DNA of 64,000 nucleotides from an uncultured bacterium (GTDB lineage: Bacteria > Zhuqueibacterota > QNDG01 > DTFT01), in assembly GCA_963736115.1 (NCBI GenBank), contig CAVTNR010000002.1:1-64000 (forward strand), written 5' to 3'. The notes under the pieces are model-generated. The model was not told the DNA's origin and made no database searches. It worked only from the letters and a program-made list of their open reading frames with translations. A program made the position numbers and the translations under genes. Below, one piece after another: positions 40,279 to 48,734 of the stretch; position 1 is the first letter of the stretch, and each line of letters begins with the position of its first letter.

Positions 40279-41670
40279 ATGGAAAAAAAGGATTCGGAGA
40301 AACGGATCACCCGCAGGGATTTCATCGGCGGCATGACGGCCGCGGCCGCGGCCTTCACCATCCTTCCCTCCGGCCTCCGGGCGGGCGAAAATTCCAGGCC
40401 GTCCGGAACCCTGAGCCCCAGCGACAGGCTGAACATCGCGGTCGTGGGCGTGGGAGGCATGGGCCGGTCCAACCTCAAGGCCGTGTCGGACACGGAGAAC
40501 ATCACCGCCCTGTGCGACGTGGACGAGAACCTCGCCTCGGATGTGTTCGGTCAATTCCCCAAAGCCGCCCGGTACTGGGACTTCCGAGACATGCTGGACA
40601 AGGAACACCGGAACATCGACGCGGTCATTATCGCGACGCCCGATCACACGCACGCCGTCGTCGCCATGGCCGCCATGCAGATGAACAAGCACGTGTACGT
40701 CCAGAAGCCCCTCACCCGGCTCGTATCCGAGGCGAGAAAGCTCGCCGAAGCGGCCCGTCGGTACGGCGTGAAAGCCCAGATGGGGAACCAGCACCATTCC
40801 GAGGAACCTATCCGGCTGATCGCCGAGATGATGGCCGACGGCGCCATCGGCCCGGTCCGCGAGGTGCACCTGTGGACGAACCGGCCGGTCTGGCTGCAGG
40901 GCGTGGCCGAGCGGCCCGCGGGCGTGCCCCGTCCGGACGGTCTGGACTGGGACCTCTGGTGCGGGCCCTCCCCCATGCGCGAGTACCATTCCATCTACCA
41001 CCCCTTCGCCTGGCGCGGCTGGTGGGATTTCGGGACCGGCGCACTTGGAGACATGGGCTGTCATTTCATCGACCCGACCTATTTCGCGCTCAAGCTGACA
41101 AAACCGACGGCAATGGAGGCCAGCGTCGCGGCCCTGGTCGATCCGAAGGAAGTCTGGGAGAAGGTCGACAACCGTGAAACCTTTCCCTCCGGATCCATCG
41201 TCACCTTCGAGTTCCCGGCCCGCGAGGCCATGCCCCCGGTGCGGCTGTTCTGGTACGACGGTGGACTCAAGCCTCCGAGGCCCGAGGAGCTGGAGCCGGG
41301 CCGTAATCTTCCGGTCAACGGGTCCCTGTACATCGGGGAGAATGGCAAAATCCTGCACGATCTGGACGGGGCCGCGCCCCGCATCATACCCGAGGAAAAA
41401 ATGCGCGCCTACACCATGCCGGCCAAGACCATCCCGCGCATCACCACGAGCCACGAGATGAACTGGGTCAACGCCTGCAAGGGCATCGGCGACCTGAGCT
41501 CCCCGTTCGACTACGCGGGGCCGCTGGCCGAGTCCACGCTCGCGGGCAACCTGGCCGTGCGCTTCCCCTGGCAGCGGCTCGAATGGGACGCTGAGGCCAT
41601 GCGGGTGACGAATTTCGACGACGCCAATGAATACGTGGAACCGCATTACCGGCAGGGGTACTCGCTCTAG
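40279..41670 (+). CDS. Tat-exported Gfo/Idh/MocA-family oxidoreductase
   Basis: Twin-arginine TRRDFI; GVGGMG, ATPDHTH, HVYVQKP and DFGTGALGDMGCH motifs. Confidence 0.92.
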   Translation: MEKKDSEKRITRRDFIGGMTAAAAAFTILPSGLRAGENSRPSGTLSPSDRLNIAVVGVGGMGRSNLKAVSDTENITALCDVDENLASDVFGQFPKAARYWDFRDMLDKEHRNIDAVIIATPDHTHAVVAMAAMQMNKHVYVQKPLTRLVSEARKLAEAARRYGVKAQMGNQHHSEEPIRLIAEMMADGAIGPVREVHLWTNRPVWLQGVAERPAGVPRPDGLDWDLWCGPSPMREYHSIYHPFAWRGWWDFGTGALGDMGCHFIDPTYFALKLTKPTAMEASVAALVDPKEVWEKVDNRETFPSGSIVTFEFPAREAMPPVRLFWYDGGLKPPRPEELEPGRNLPVNGSLYIGENGKILHDLDGAAPRIIPEEKMRAYTMPAKTIPRITTSHEMNWVNACKGIGDLSSPFDYAGPLAESTLAGNLAVRFPWQRLEWDAEAMRVTNFDDANEYVEPHYRQGYSL

Positions 41671-41683
41671 GCGGTGTTCATTG

Positions 41684-41827
41684 AACGCTCCGGGAGGCTT
41701 CAAAACCTCCCGGAGCGTTTCTTCCCGAGCAGGGGTACCTTTGGTACAGCGCGTTGTAACGTTCGAACGTTCCGACGTTCGAATAATGCCATTCAGACGG
41801 TAACCTTCTGCCAGAAGGTTACCGTCT
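41684..41827. repeat. Cluster of REP-like palindromes
   Basis: AACGCTCCGGGAGG..CCTCCCGGAGCGTT; AACGTTCGAACGTT; AGACGGTAACCTTCTG-C-CAGAAGGTTACCGTCT. Confidence 0.7.
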
Positions 41828-41855
41828 TATTTTTGACACTGAAACCGAGAGATCC

Positions 41856-42799
41856 ATGCGCATCGACCGCCTGCTGGGCATCACCGTCCTGCTCCTGAAC
41901 CGCGACCGGATCACGGCCCGCGAACTCGCGGAACGGTTCGAGGTTTCGGTCCGGACCGTGTACCGGGACCTGGAAACCATCAATACCGCCGGCATTCCGG
42001 TGGTGTCATACACGGGGAACCAGGGCGGTTACGGCATACTGGACACGTTCCGCATCGACCGTCAGGTGCTGACCTTCGGGGACGTCGTCTCCCTGGTCTC
42101 GACGCTGAGGGCTGTCAACAGCGTACTGGAGAACCGGGAGCTCGACGCGGCCGTGGAGAAAATCGCCAACCTGCTCCCGCGCCGCGGGGAGGATGCGCTC
42201 AGTCGGGCCTCGGAACGCATCGTTATCGACATCCTGCCGATGGGATACACGAAGAAACAGAAAGACCGCCTGGCGGACGTTCACCGCGCGGTATCGGAAC
42301 AGCGCCTGATCCGATTCGCTTACTGCAACAACCGCGGGGAGAACACCGTGCGCACCGTCGAGCCGATGACCCTCATTTTCAAGGGAGGCGTCTGGTACCT
42401 GTTCGCCTTCTGCCGGCTGAAGTCCGCGTACCGCCTTTTCCGCCTGTCCCGCATGTCCGATTCCGAGGTACTGGACGAGACCTTCCAACGCAGGGAAGAA
42501 TCGTTCCGGGACATTTTCGCCTCCAACCCGGCCGGCCCCAACCTCGTGGAGCTCGAGCTTCGGTTTTCTCCCGAAGTCCGGTCGCGCGTGGAGGATTTCT
42601 TCGATCCCGACCAGATCCGGAGGGACGAAATCGGACACATGCGGGTTGATGTGGTCTTTCCCGAGGATGAATGGGTGTATGCGTTTCTGCTCGGATTCGG
42701 CGAGCATCTCGAGGTTTTGTACGCCGGACCGCATACGGAGCCTTCTCTGCGGAGAAGGCGGGAAAAATACAGGCTATTTATAATGGTGGAAACCGTTGA
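41856..42799 (+). CDS. YafY-like HTH-WYL transcriptional regulator (two apparent +1 indels near the 3' end)
   Basis: LAERFEVSVRTVYRDL, RTVEPM, WYL, RLFRLSRM; removing T42720 and T42748 restores ...EVLTPDRIRSLLAEKAGKIQAIY...stop. Confidence 0.88.
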
Positions 42800-42899
42800 A
42801 ACGGTTTTCTGTCCGTCCTTCACCGTTTTTCACCCACGACTGAAGTCGTGGGCTACCGGAATACAGTCGTGGACTACTCGGATACGAAGTCGTGAGACT
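42789..42899. repeat. REP/IS200-type palindromic element with degenerate tandem units
   Basis: AAACCGTTGAAACGGTTT and CCCACGACTGAAGTCGTGGG hairpins, then two more AGTCGTG units. Confidence 0.6.
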
Positions 42900-42942
42900 C
42901 CGGGACCTAAAACCGACCCCGGTGTCGATTTTTTCCCAACCC

Positions 42943-42974
42943 TGACATCCCCCTGTCACAGGCCCTTGTATATT
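42943..42974 (+). promoter_or_regulatory. TGACA-N6-TGTCA operator with downstream -10 box (TATATT), likely WYL-regulator site
   Basis: Palindrome at 42943-42958 just upstream of the zinc-ribbon gene. Confidence 0.6.
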
Positions 42975-43028
42975 GGGATAGCTTCCGAACTGGAAGCGGA
43001 ACCCGAAACCCGACCAAGGAGGTCTGTG

Positions 43029-43253
43029 ATGAACGCCCGATTCTGCCAGTCCTGCGGCATGCCGCTCCCCGAAAACGACCAGGCGGATTATTGCCGGTAC
43101 TGCACCGACGAAAACGGAAAACTCAAGCCAAGGGAGGCCGTTCGTGAAGGCATCGCCGCCTGGCTGGAGCAGTTCACGCCGGACAGGAAAGCGGATTTCA
43201 GGAAGCGCGCGGATTCATATCTCAACGCCATGCCGGCCTGGGCGGAGAAGTGA
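43029..43253 (+). CDS. Zinc-ribbon protein (FCQSCGMP...YCRYC type)
   Basis: Two CxxC motifs; own AAGGAGG RBS; ends MPAW. Confidence 0.85.
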   Translation: MNARFCQSCGMPLPENDQADYCRYCTDENGKLKPREAVREGIAAWLEQFTPDRKADFRKRADSYLNAMPAWAEK

Positions 43254-43254
43254 C

Positions 43255-43626
43255 ATGAAAACGACCCGTCGAATCTGGCTGTACGGCGCCCTCATCTGGA
43301 TCATCGGCATGGCCGTGGCGACGGCCCTGTGGCCGCTCCATGCCTCCCGCCTGCCGTTGTTCAAGAGCCTCCTGGTGGTGACCATGACGGCCGTGGGCAT
43401 GTTCTTCACTGTGCGGGTGTTCGATTCCGTCCGCTCGGATTACGTGAAAGCGGGAATCCGGACCGGCCTGGTCTGGATGGTCCTCAATTGGATACTGGAC
43501 CTCGTCGTCCTGGTCGGATTGATGAAGACGCCGGCCGGGATGTACGTCATGGACGTGGGCCTTCGATATCTCGCCATCCCGATCATGACGATCGGATGCG
43601 GAATTCTGCTGGAGAGGAAACGATAG
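43255..43626 (+). CDS. Four-TM hypothetical membrane protein
   Basis: Hydrophobic helices; starts 1 nt after the previous stop codon. Confidence 0.7.
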   Translation: MKTTRRIWLYGALIWIIGMAVATALWPLHASRLPLFKSLLVVTMTAVGMFFTVRVFDSVRSDYVKAGIRTGLVWMVLNWILDLVVLVGLMKTPAGMYVMDVGLRYLAIPIMTIGCGILLERKR

Positions 43627-43687
43627 GGCAGGTGCGACGAATAGAACGCTCCGGGCCTGAAATGCGGGGCTATCAAAAGGAGAAGTC

Positions 43688-44536
43688 ATGAAAAAACATT
43701 CTGGAACAGCCGCAATTCTGGCCGGCTGCATCCTCTTGTCTGTCCTGTTTCCGCCTGGGGAGACCGCCGGCTGCGAACTCGCGCCCGGTTCCGTCATCGA
43801 CATCCCGTTCGAAGGTAAAGATCTGCCCCGCACTCTGTACAAGATGTTCACCGGCGGGGAAGAACCGACCGGCCTGCGGGTCCGCCTGCCGGACGACTTT
43901 TCACTCGACCGCCGTTTCCCTGTGCTCGTCTACGTGCCTGGATATCACGGCGGACCGAAGGGCAACCTCGACAACGCGGTGGCCATTGCAGGCACCCAGG
44001 GCTGGATCGCGGCCAGCCTTCCGTTGTTTAAAAAGGACCTGGACAAGGGCGAACCGGCCGACGGGGTGATTGTCAGTTTCGAAGATTATGCGGTTCTGTC
44101 GAGAGCCTACGGCATTCTGCTGGGCCGTCTGTTCGAGATGATCCCCAACACGGACCGCGACAACAGCGCCATGGTCGGATTCTCGAACGGTTCGCTCACG
44201 ATCGCCGTTCTGGTTTCCTGCCACGACGAATTCATCCTCTCCAGATTCAGAAATTTCTGCCTGGTGGACCATGGGATGGCCCATCTGACCGATCTGCATA
44301 AAAAAGGCGCGAGAGAGTCGAGGTTCCTCATCGCCGTGGGCGACCGCGAGGATTACGGAAGAAGTCTGAAAATCAGGGGCGCCGAGCTCCGGCGGGACGA
44401 GTGGAAACTGCTGGGCGTGAATGTCGACTTCAGGATACTGGAGGATACCGGGCATGAATTCGAGGCGAGACACATGGAACTGGTCGGCCGGTGGCTGAGG
44501 CGGGAACCGCTCGGGGAACTCCATCCGCGGGAGTGA
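43688..44536 (+). CDS. Exported alpha/beta-hydrolase-fold protein
   Basis: Signal peptide, FPVLVYVPG, GFSNG nucleophile elbow, TGHEF. Confidence 0.7.
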   Translation: MKKHSGTAAILAGCILLSVLFPPGETAGCELAPGSVIDIPFEGKDLPRTLYKMFTGGEEPTGLRVRLPDDFSLDRRFPVLVYVPGYHGGPKGNLDNAVAIAGTQGWIAASLPLFKKDLDKGEPADGVIVSFEDYAVLSRAYGILLGRLFEMIPNTDRDNSAMVGFSNGSLTIAVLVSCHDEFILSRFRNFCLVDHGMAHLTDLHKKGARESRFLIAVGDREDYGRSLKIRGAELRRDEWKLLGVNVDFRILEDTGHEFEARHMELVGRWLRREPLGELHPRE

Positions 44537-44540
44537 AATG

Positions 44541-44618
44541 ACAATCTCCCGCGGGGTACAATTCTGCGGGAGATTGATTCTTTCTTCGACCCGAAACTCG
44601 GAACTCGGAACCCGGAAC
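44541..44618. repeat. Hairpin plus (C/T)CGGAAC heptamer array between convergent genes
   Basis: CAATCTCCCGCGG..CTGCGGGAGATTG, then CCGAAAC TCGGAAC TCGGAAC CCGGAAC. Confidence 0.6.
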
Positions 44619-44623
44619 TGTAA

Positions 44624-44866
44624 TTAGTCCGAAAACAGCACTTCCAGAATCGTTCCCAGATTATCCTTCCCTTCCAGTATGCGCAGGTTGAAGATCTCCG
44701 TGTACCCGCAATGATCGCAGGACACGAAAGCGTACCGGTAGGGCTGAACCTCGAACAGTCGGGATAAGCCAGTGCCGGACATGGCCAGTTTCTGAACTTT
44801 TCCCCCCTGCTTTTTGCATTTCGAACAGATAAACCGTTCGCTCAATTGCCTCTCGACCTCGGTCAT
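44624..44866 (-). CDS. Small Zn-ribbon nucleic-acid-binding protein (DUF2082-like)
   Basis: FICSKC...SGTGLSRLFEVQ...VSCDHCGYTEIF; AGGAGG RBS. Confidence 0.8.
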   Translation of the reverse strand: MTEVERQLSERFICSKCKKQGGKVQKLAMSGTGLSRLFEVQPYRYAFVSCDHCGYTEIFNLRILEGKDNLGTILEVLFSD

Positions 44867-45101
44867 TTCCTCCTCCTTTTTCACACATATACGGACCGGA
44901 ATCCGTCATGTTTCGAATCCGATTCGGACTTGCATTAAAACACTGACAAAGGCCGGTCTGACTGTATCGAAACCGGCAACGGGTCCTCCCCTCAAACAGG
45001 GACGACCCCCGGAAGTTGCATTTTGTCCTTTATTTTCGTAAGTTTAGGATGGGAGGAACTGCGGCTCCATGCCTACAACCACAAGCCGAAAGACGCAGGC
45101 C

Positions 45102-48100
45102 ATGAAAGCGCGAAAGAAATCCGTTCTTTTCCTCCTCTTCGGCCCCCTCTGCATGACCTTTGCGAGCCTTGCCGCTCAGACCGAAACCGTCCGATTCGAA
45201 AAACTCTCCATTGAACAAGGCCTTTCCCAGAGTTCCGTCACGTCGATCTGTCAGGACCGGAAGGGTTTCCTGTGGTTCGGCACGTACGAAGGCGTCAACC
45301 GGTACGACGGATACGAATTCAGGATTTACCGGCACAACCCGGACGACCCGAACAGCCTCATCCAGAACGTCATCAAGGACTTGAAGGAAGACCGGTCCGG
45401 CACGCTCTGGATAGCGACCGACGGAGGCCTGGACCGGTACGACCGGCAGGCCGATCGTTTCATCCACTATGTTCATGATCCCGGCGATTCCGCCAGCCTC
45501 AGCCACAACCGGGTCCGGAACGTTTTCGAGGACGGCCAGGGCACGCTCTGGGTGGCAACGGACAACGGCCTGAACCGGTATGACCCGGAGTCGGACCGTT
45601 TCGTCCGCTACAGCAACGATCCGGCCGATTCGAACAGCCTCTGCGACAACAAGGTCCGCGAAATCTACGAGGACCGGCAGGGAAACCTCTGGATCGGAAC
45701 GGACGCAGGCCTCGACTGTCTCGACCGGAAAACAGGCCGCTTCCGTCATTACCGGAACGTGCCGGGGGATCCAAACAGCATCAGCGGGAATCACGTGATC
45801 TCCTTCGGGGAGGACAGGAACGGGGGTTTCTGGATCGGCACCTGGGACAAGGGGCTGAACCGTCTCGACCGACGGACCGGAAAATTCAAGCGGTACATGG
45901 CCGATCCGCGGAATCCGAAGAGCCTGCAGTACAATACGGTTCGCGCCATTTACGAGGACCGAAGCGGCACGCTGTGGATCGGCACTTACGGCGGGGGCCT
46001 CGAGCGGTATGACCGGGAAACCGACGGATTCACGCATTTCAGATCAAATCCTGACGATCCGATCAGTCTCAGCAGCGATGCGGTCTGGTGCATTGCGGAG
46101 GATGCGTCCGGGATTCTCTGGATCGGGACCGATTTCGGGGGCATCTCCAAGTACGACCGCAGAAAAAACCAGTTCGAATACCACCGGAGCGGATCCGGCA
46201 CGGCCGGCGGCCGGTACCGGAACGCGGTGAACGCGCTGTACGCCGATCCGGACGACCGTGGCCGCATTCTCTGGATCGGCACCTGGGGAGGCGGGCTTTG
46301 CCGCCTGGACCGCCGGTCCGGAGAGCAGGTCTGCTACAAAAACGACCCCTATGATCCCGAAAGCATCAGCAATGACGTGATCCGCTGTATCGACAAGGAC
46401 CGTGACGGCCATCTTTGGATCGGGACGGACGTCGGTCTGAACCGTCTGGATCGCAGAACCGGCCGGTTCGAGCGCTTCTACTGCGATCCGGGCAATCCCA
46501 ACACCCTTGATTACGACAACATATTCAGCCTCTGCGAGGACAGCCGGGGCAACCTGTGGGTCGGATCGTATTACGGAGGACTGAACCGCTTCGACCGCAA
46601 GTCCCGGCGCTTCATCCGGTACCGAACGGGTTCTGCGGATTCCGGCGCGTTCAACGATAATATCGTCTGGAGCATCAAAGAAGACAGGGCCGGCCGAATC
46701 TGGATCGGAACCGATGCCGGGGGCTTGAACCGGTTCGACCCCGCGACCGGGCGGTTTGCCCATTACAAGAGAATTCCGGGCAATCCCAACAGCATCAGCG
46801 ACAACAAAGTCCTCAGCATCCACGAGGATGCCGCCGGGATTCTCTGGCTGGGCACGCCGGGCGGTCTGAACCGTCTCGACCCCGCGGACGGACAGTGGCG
46901 CCGGTACGGCCGGCAGGACGGCCTGGTTTCGGACGCGGTGCAGTCCATCGCCGGGGACCCGGAAGGCTATCTCTGGATCGGCACCACCAAGGGACTGTCG
47001 CGCTTCGATCCGAGGAAGAACACATTCGTCAATTTCAACGCGAACGACGGACTCCAGGGTGACGAGTTCAGCGTCAATTCCTGCGCGTCGGCCGCCACGG
47101 GAGAGATGTTCTTCGGCGGCATCAATGGATTCAATGTGTTTTTCCCGGGTCGGGTGAAGCTCAACGGATTCATCCCGCCGGTCGTACTGACCGACTTCCA
47201 GCTTTTCAACCGGTCCGTTCCCGTCGGGGAGCCGGTCGGCGGCCGGGTGATCCTGAAGCAGTCCATCATGGAGACCCCGGAGATCTCTCTGTCGCACCGG
47301 CAGAATGATTTTTCGATCTACTACGCCGCCCTGTCCTTTTCCGCGCCGGACCGGAACGCATACCGGGTCCGGCTGGCGGGCATTGAGGATGAGTGGAACC
47401 CGGCCGGCCCCAGGCGCTTTGCGACATACACGCGTCTGCCTCCGGGCAATTACGTCTTTGAGGTGAAGGGCTCCAACAACGACGGCGTCTGGAACGAGAA
47501 AGCGATCTCCCTGAAAATCCGGATCCGGCCGCCATTTTGGAAAACCGCCTGGTTCATCCTCCTGATGTCGATGACCGGCCTCGGCTTGATGGCCGCGGGT
47601 TACATCAACCGCACCGGAAAAATCAAGGCGCGGAACCGGGAACTCGAATCCCGTGTCCGGGAAAGAACCCGACAGCTCGAGGAGGCCAACCGGGAACTCG
47701 AGGCATTCACCTATTCGGTTTCGCACGACCTGCGGTCGCCCCTGCGCGCCATGGACGGGTTCAGCCAGGCCGTTCTCGACGAATACGGACCCAAACTCGA
47801 TGAACGGGGTGTGGATTACCTCCGGCGCATCCGGAGGGGAAGCCAGCAGCTGGGTCGGCTGATCGACGACCTGCTGAAGCTGTCCCGGCTGGCGCGCAGC
47901 GAAATGAATTTCAAGGAAATCGATATCGGCCGGCTGGCGGAGACGATCGCGACGGATCTGCGTCAGTCGGACCCGTCCCGGAAAGCCGAGTTCGTCATTG
48001 CCCGGGACGCAATCGTGCACGTGGACCCGGATCTGCTGAAAGTGATGCTTGCCAACCTGCTCGGCAACGCATGGAAGTTCACGTCGAAACGTCCAGACAC

Positions 48101-48395
48101 CCGCATCGAGTTCGGCTTCGATGACGGGGAAGGCGGCCGCGTGTTCTTCGTCCGGGACAACGGCATCGGCTTGGACATGAAATACGCGGACAAACTGTTC
48201 AAGCCGTTCCAGCGCCTGCAGTCGGAGTTCGAAGGAACGGGTATCGGGCTGTCCACGGTCGCCCGGATCATCCGCCGGCACAACGGCCGCATCTGGGTCG
48301 AGGGAAAACCCGATGTGGGCGCCGTCTTCTTTTTCACGCTGGACAATCCCGCGCACGCGGAAGACGGAAATCCGGTCCGGCCGCAATCGGATTGA
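45102..48395 (+). CDS. Sensor histidine kinase with Reg_prop beta-propellers, Y_Y_Y domain, HisKA and HATPase
   Basis: Repeated ED..G.LWIGT..GGL.R.D blades; ATYTRLPPGNY; PPFWKT; SHDLRSPL; GTGIGL. Confidence 0.92.
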   Translation: MKARKKSVLFLLFGPLCMTFASLAAQTETVRFEKLSIEQGLSQSSVTSICQDRKGFLWFGTYEGVNRYDGYEFRIYRHNPDDPNSLIQNVIKDLKEDRSGTLWIATDGGLDRYDRQADRFIHYVHDPGDSASLSHNRVRNVFEDGQGTLWVATDNGLNRYDPESDRFVRYSNDPADSNSLCDNKVREIYEDRQGNLWIGTDAGLDCLDRKTGRFRHYRNVPGDPNSISGNHVISFGEDRNGGFWIGTWDKGLNRLDRRTGKFKRYMADPRNPKSLQYNTVRAIYEDRSGTLWIGTYGGGLERYDRETDGFTHFRSNPDDPISLSSDAVWCIAEDASGILWIGTDFGGISKYDRRKNQFEYHRSGSGTAGGRYRNAVNALYADPDDRGRILWIGTWGGGLCRLDRRSGEQVCYKNDPYDPESISNDVIRCIDKDRDGHLWIGTDVGLNRLDRRTGRFERFYCDPGNPNTLDYDNIFSLCEDSRGNLWVGSYYGGLNRFDRKSRRFIRYRTGSADSGAFNDNIVWSIKEDRAGRIWIGTDAGGLNRFDPATGRFAHYKRIPGNPNSISDNKVLSIHEDAAGILWLGTPGGLNRLDPADGQWRRYGRQDGLVSDAVQSIAGDPEGYLWIGTTKGLSRFDPRKNTFVNFNANDGLQGDEFSVNSCASAATGEMFFGGINGFNVFFPGRVKLNGFIPPVVLTDFQLFNRSVPVGEPVGGRVILKQSIMETPEISLSHRQNDFSIYYAALSFSAPDRNAYRVRLAGIEDEWNPAGPRRFATYTRLPPGNYVFEVKGSNNDGVWNEKAISLKIRIRPPFWKTAWFILLMSMTGLGLMAAGYINRTGKIKARNRELESRVRERTRQLEEANRELEAFTYSVSHDLRSPLRAMDGFSQAVLDEYGPKLDERGVDYLRRIRRGSQQLGRLIDDLLKLSRLARSEMNFKEIDIGRLAETIATDLRQSDPSRKAEFVIARDAIVHVDPDLLKVMLANLLGNAWKFTSKRPDTRIEFGFDDGEGGRVFFVRDNGIGLDMKYADKLFKPFQRLQSEFEGTGIGLSTVARIIRRHNGRIWVEGKPDVGAVFFFTLDNPAHAEDGNPVRPQSD

Positions 48396-48597
48396 AGCTC
48401 CCCGCCGTCCCGCTGCGCGGGATCAAGCTATTATATTAATAAACGATTGTAGACAAGCGGCGGGTCTTCAATAGTGAACAAGTCAAATAACTTGGTGCCG
48501 CTTTGCGGCGAATCTTCTATCTGTAGTGAAGAAAATATATTATATTCGCTCGCTTACCCCGCCGCAAACGGCGGGGAATGCGCGAGCGATCAGATTC
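48390..48597 (+). mobile_element. GATT-flanked MITE, copy C (micro-elements at 48408-48453 and 48465-48509); supplies the kinase stop codon
   Basis: Inverted homolog of 13931-14180. Confidence 0.8.
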
Positions 48598-48734
48598 CGG
48601 CGTCGCGCGGTGACAACGACGAATTCTGGTTGCCGGCGCCGTCCGCTGTGGGAATGACCGGTCGTACGCCTCTTTAATGGTTCACCTCCCCAACCCTGAA
48701 CGCCCGCCGGATTCCGGCGGATCAAGGAGCCTGC

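Noticed and set aside
41856-43253. Apparent 465-aa WYL plus zinc-ribbon fusion protein
   Set aside because: The read-through is caused by two extra bases. The linker is translated repeat and promoter DNA, and the zinc-ribbon ORF has its own operator, -10 box and RBS.
45200-47000. Repeated TGGATCGG..AC motifs as a DNA repeat array
   Set aside because: These encode the WIGT blades of the Reg_prop beta-propeller, an ordinary protein repeat.
48474-48677. Small ORFs sharing NKSNNLVPLC..SSIC (also 13967-14191)
   Set aside because: The similarity comes only from translating the same MITE; there is no RBS or coding signature.
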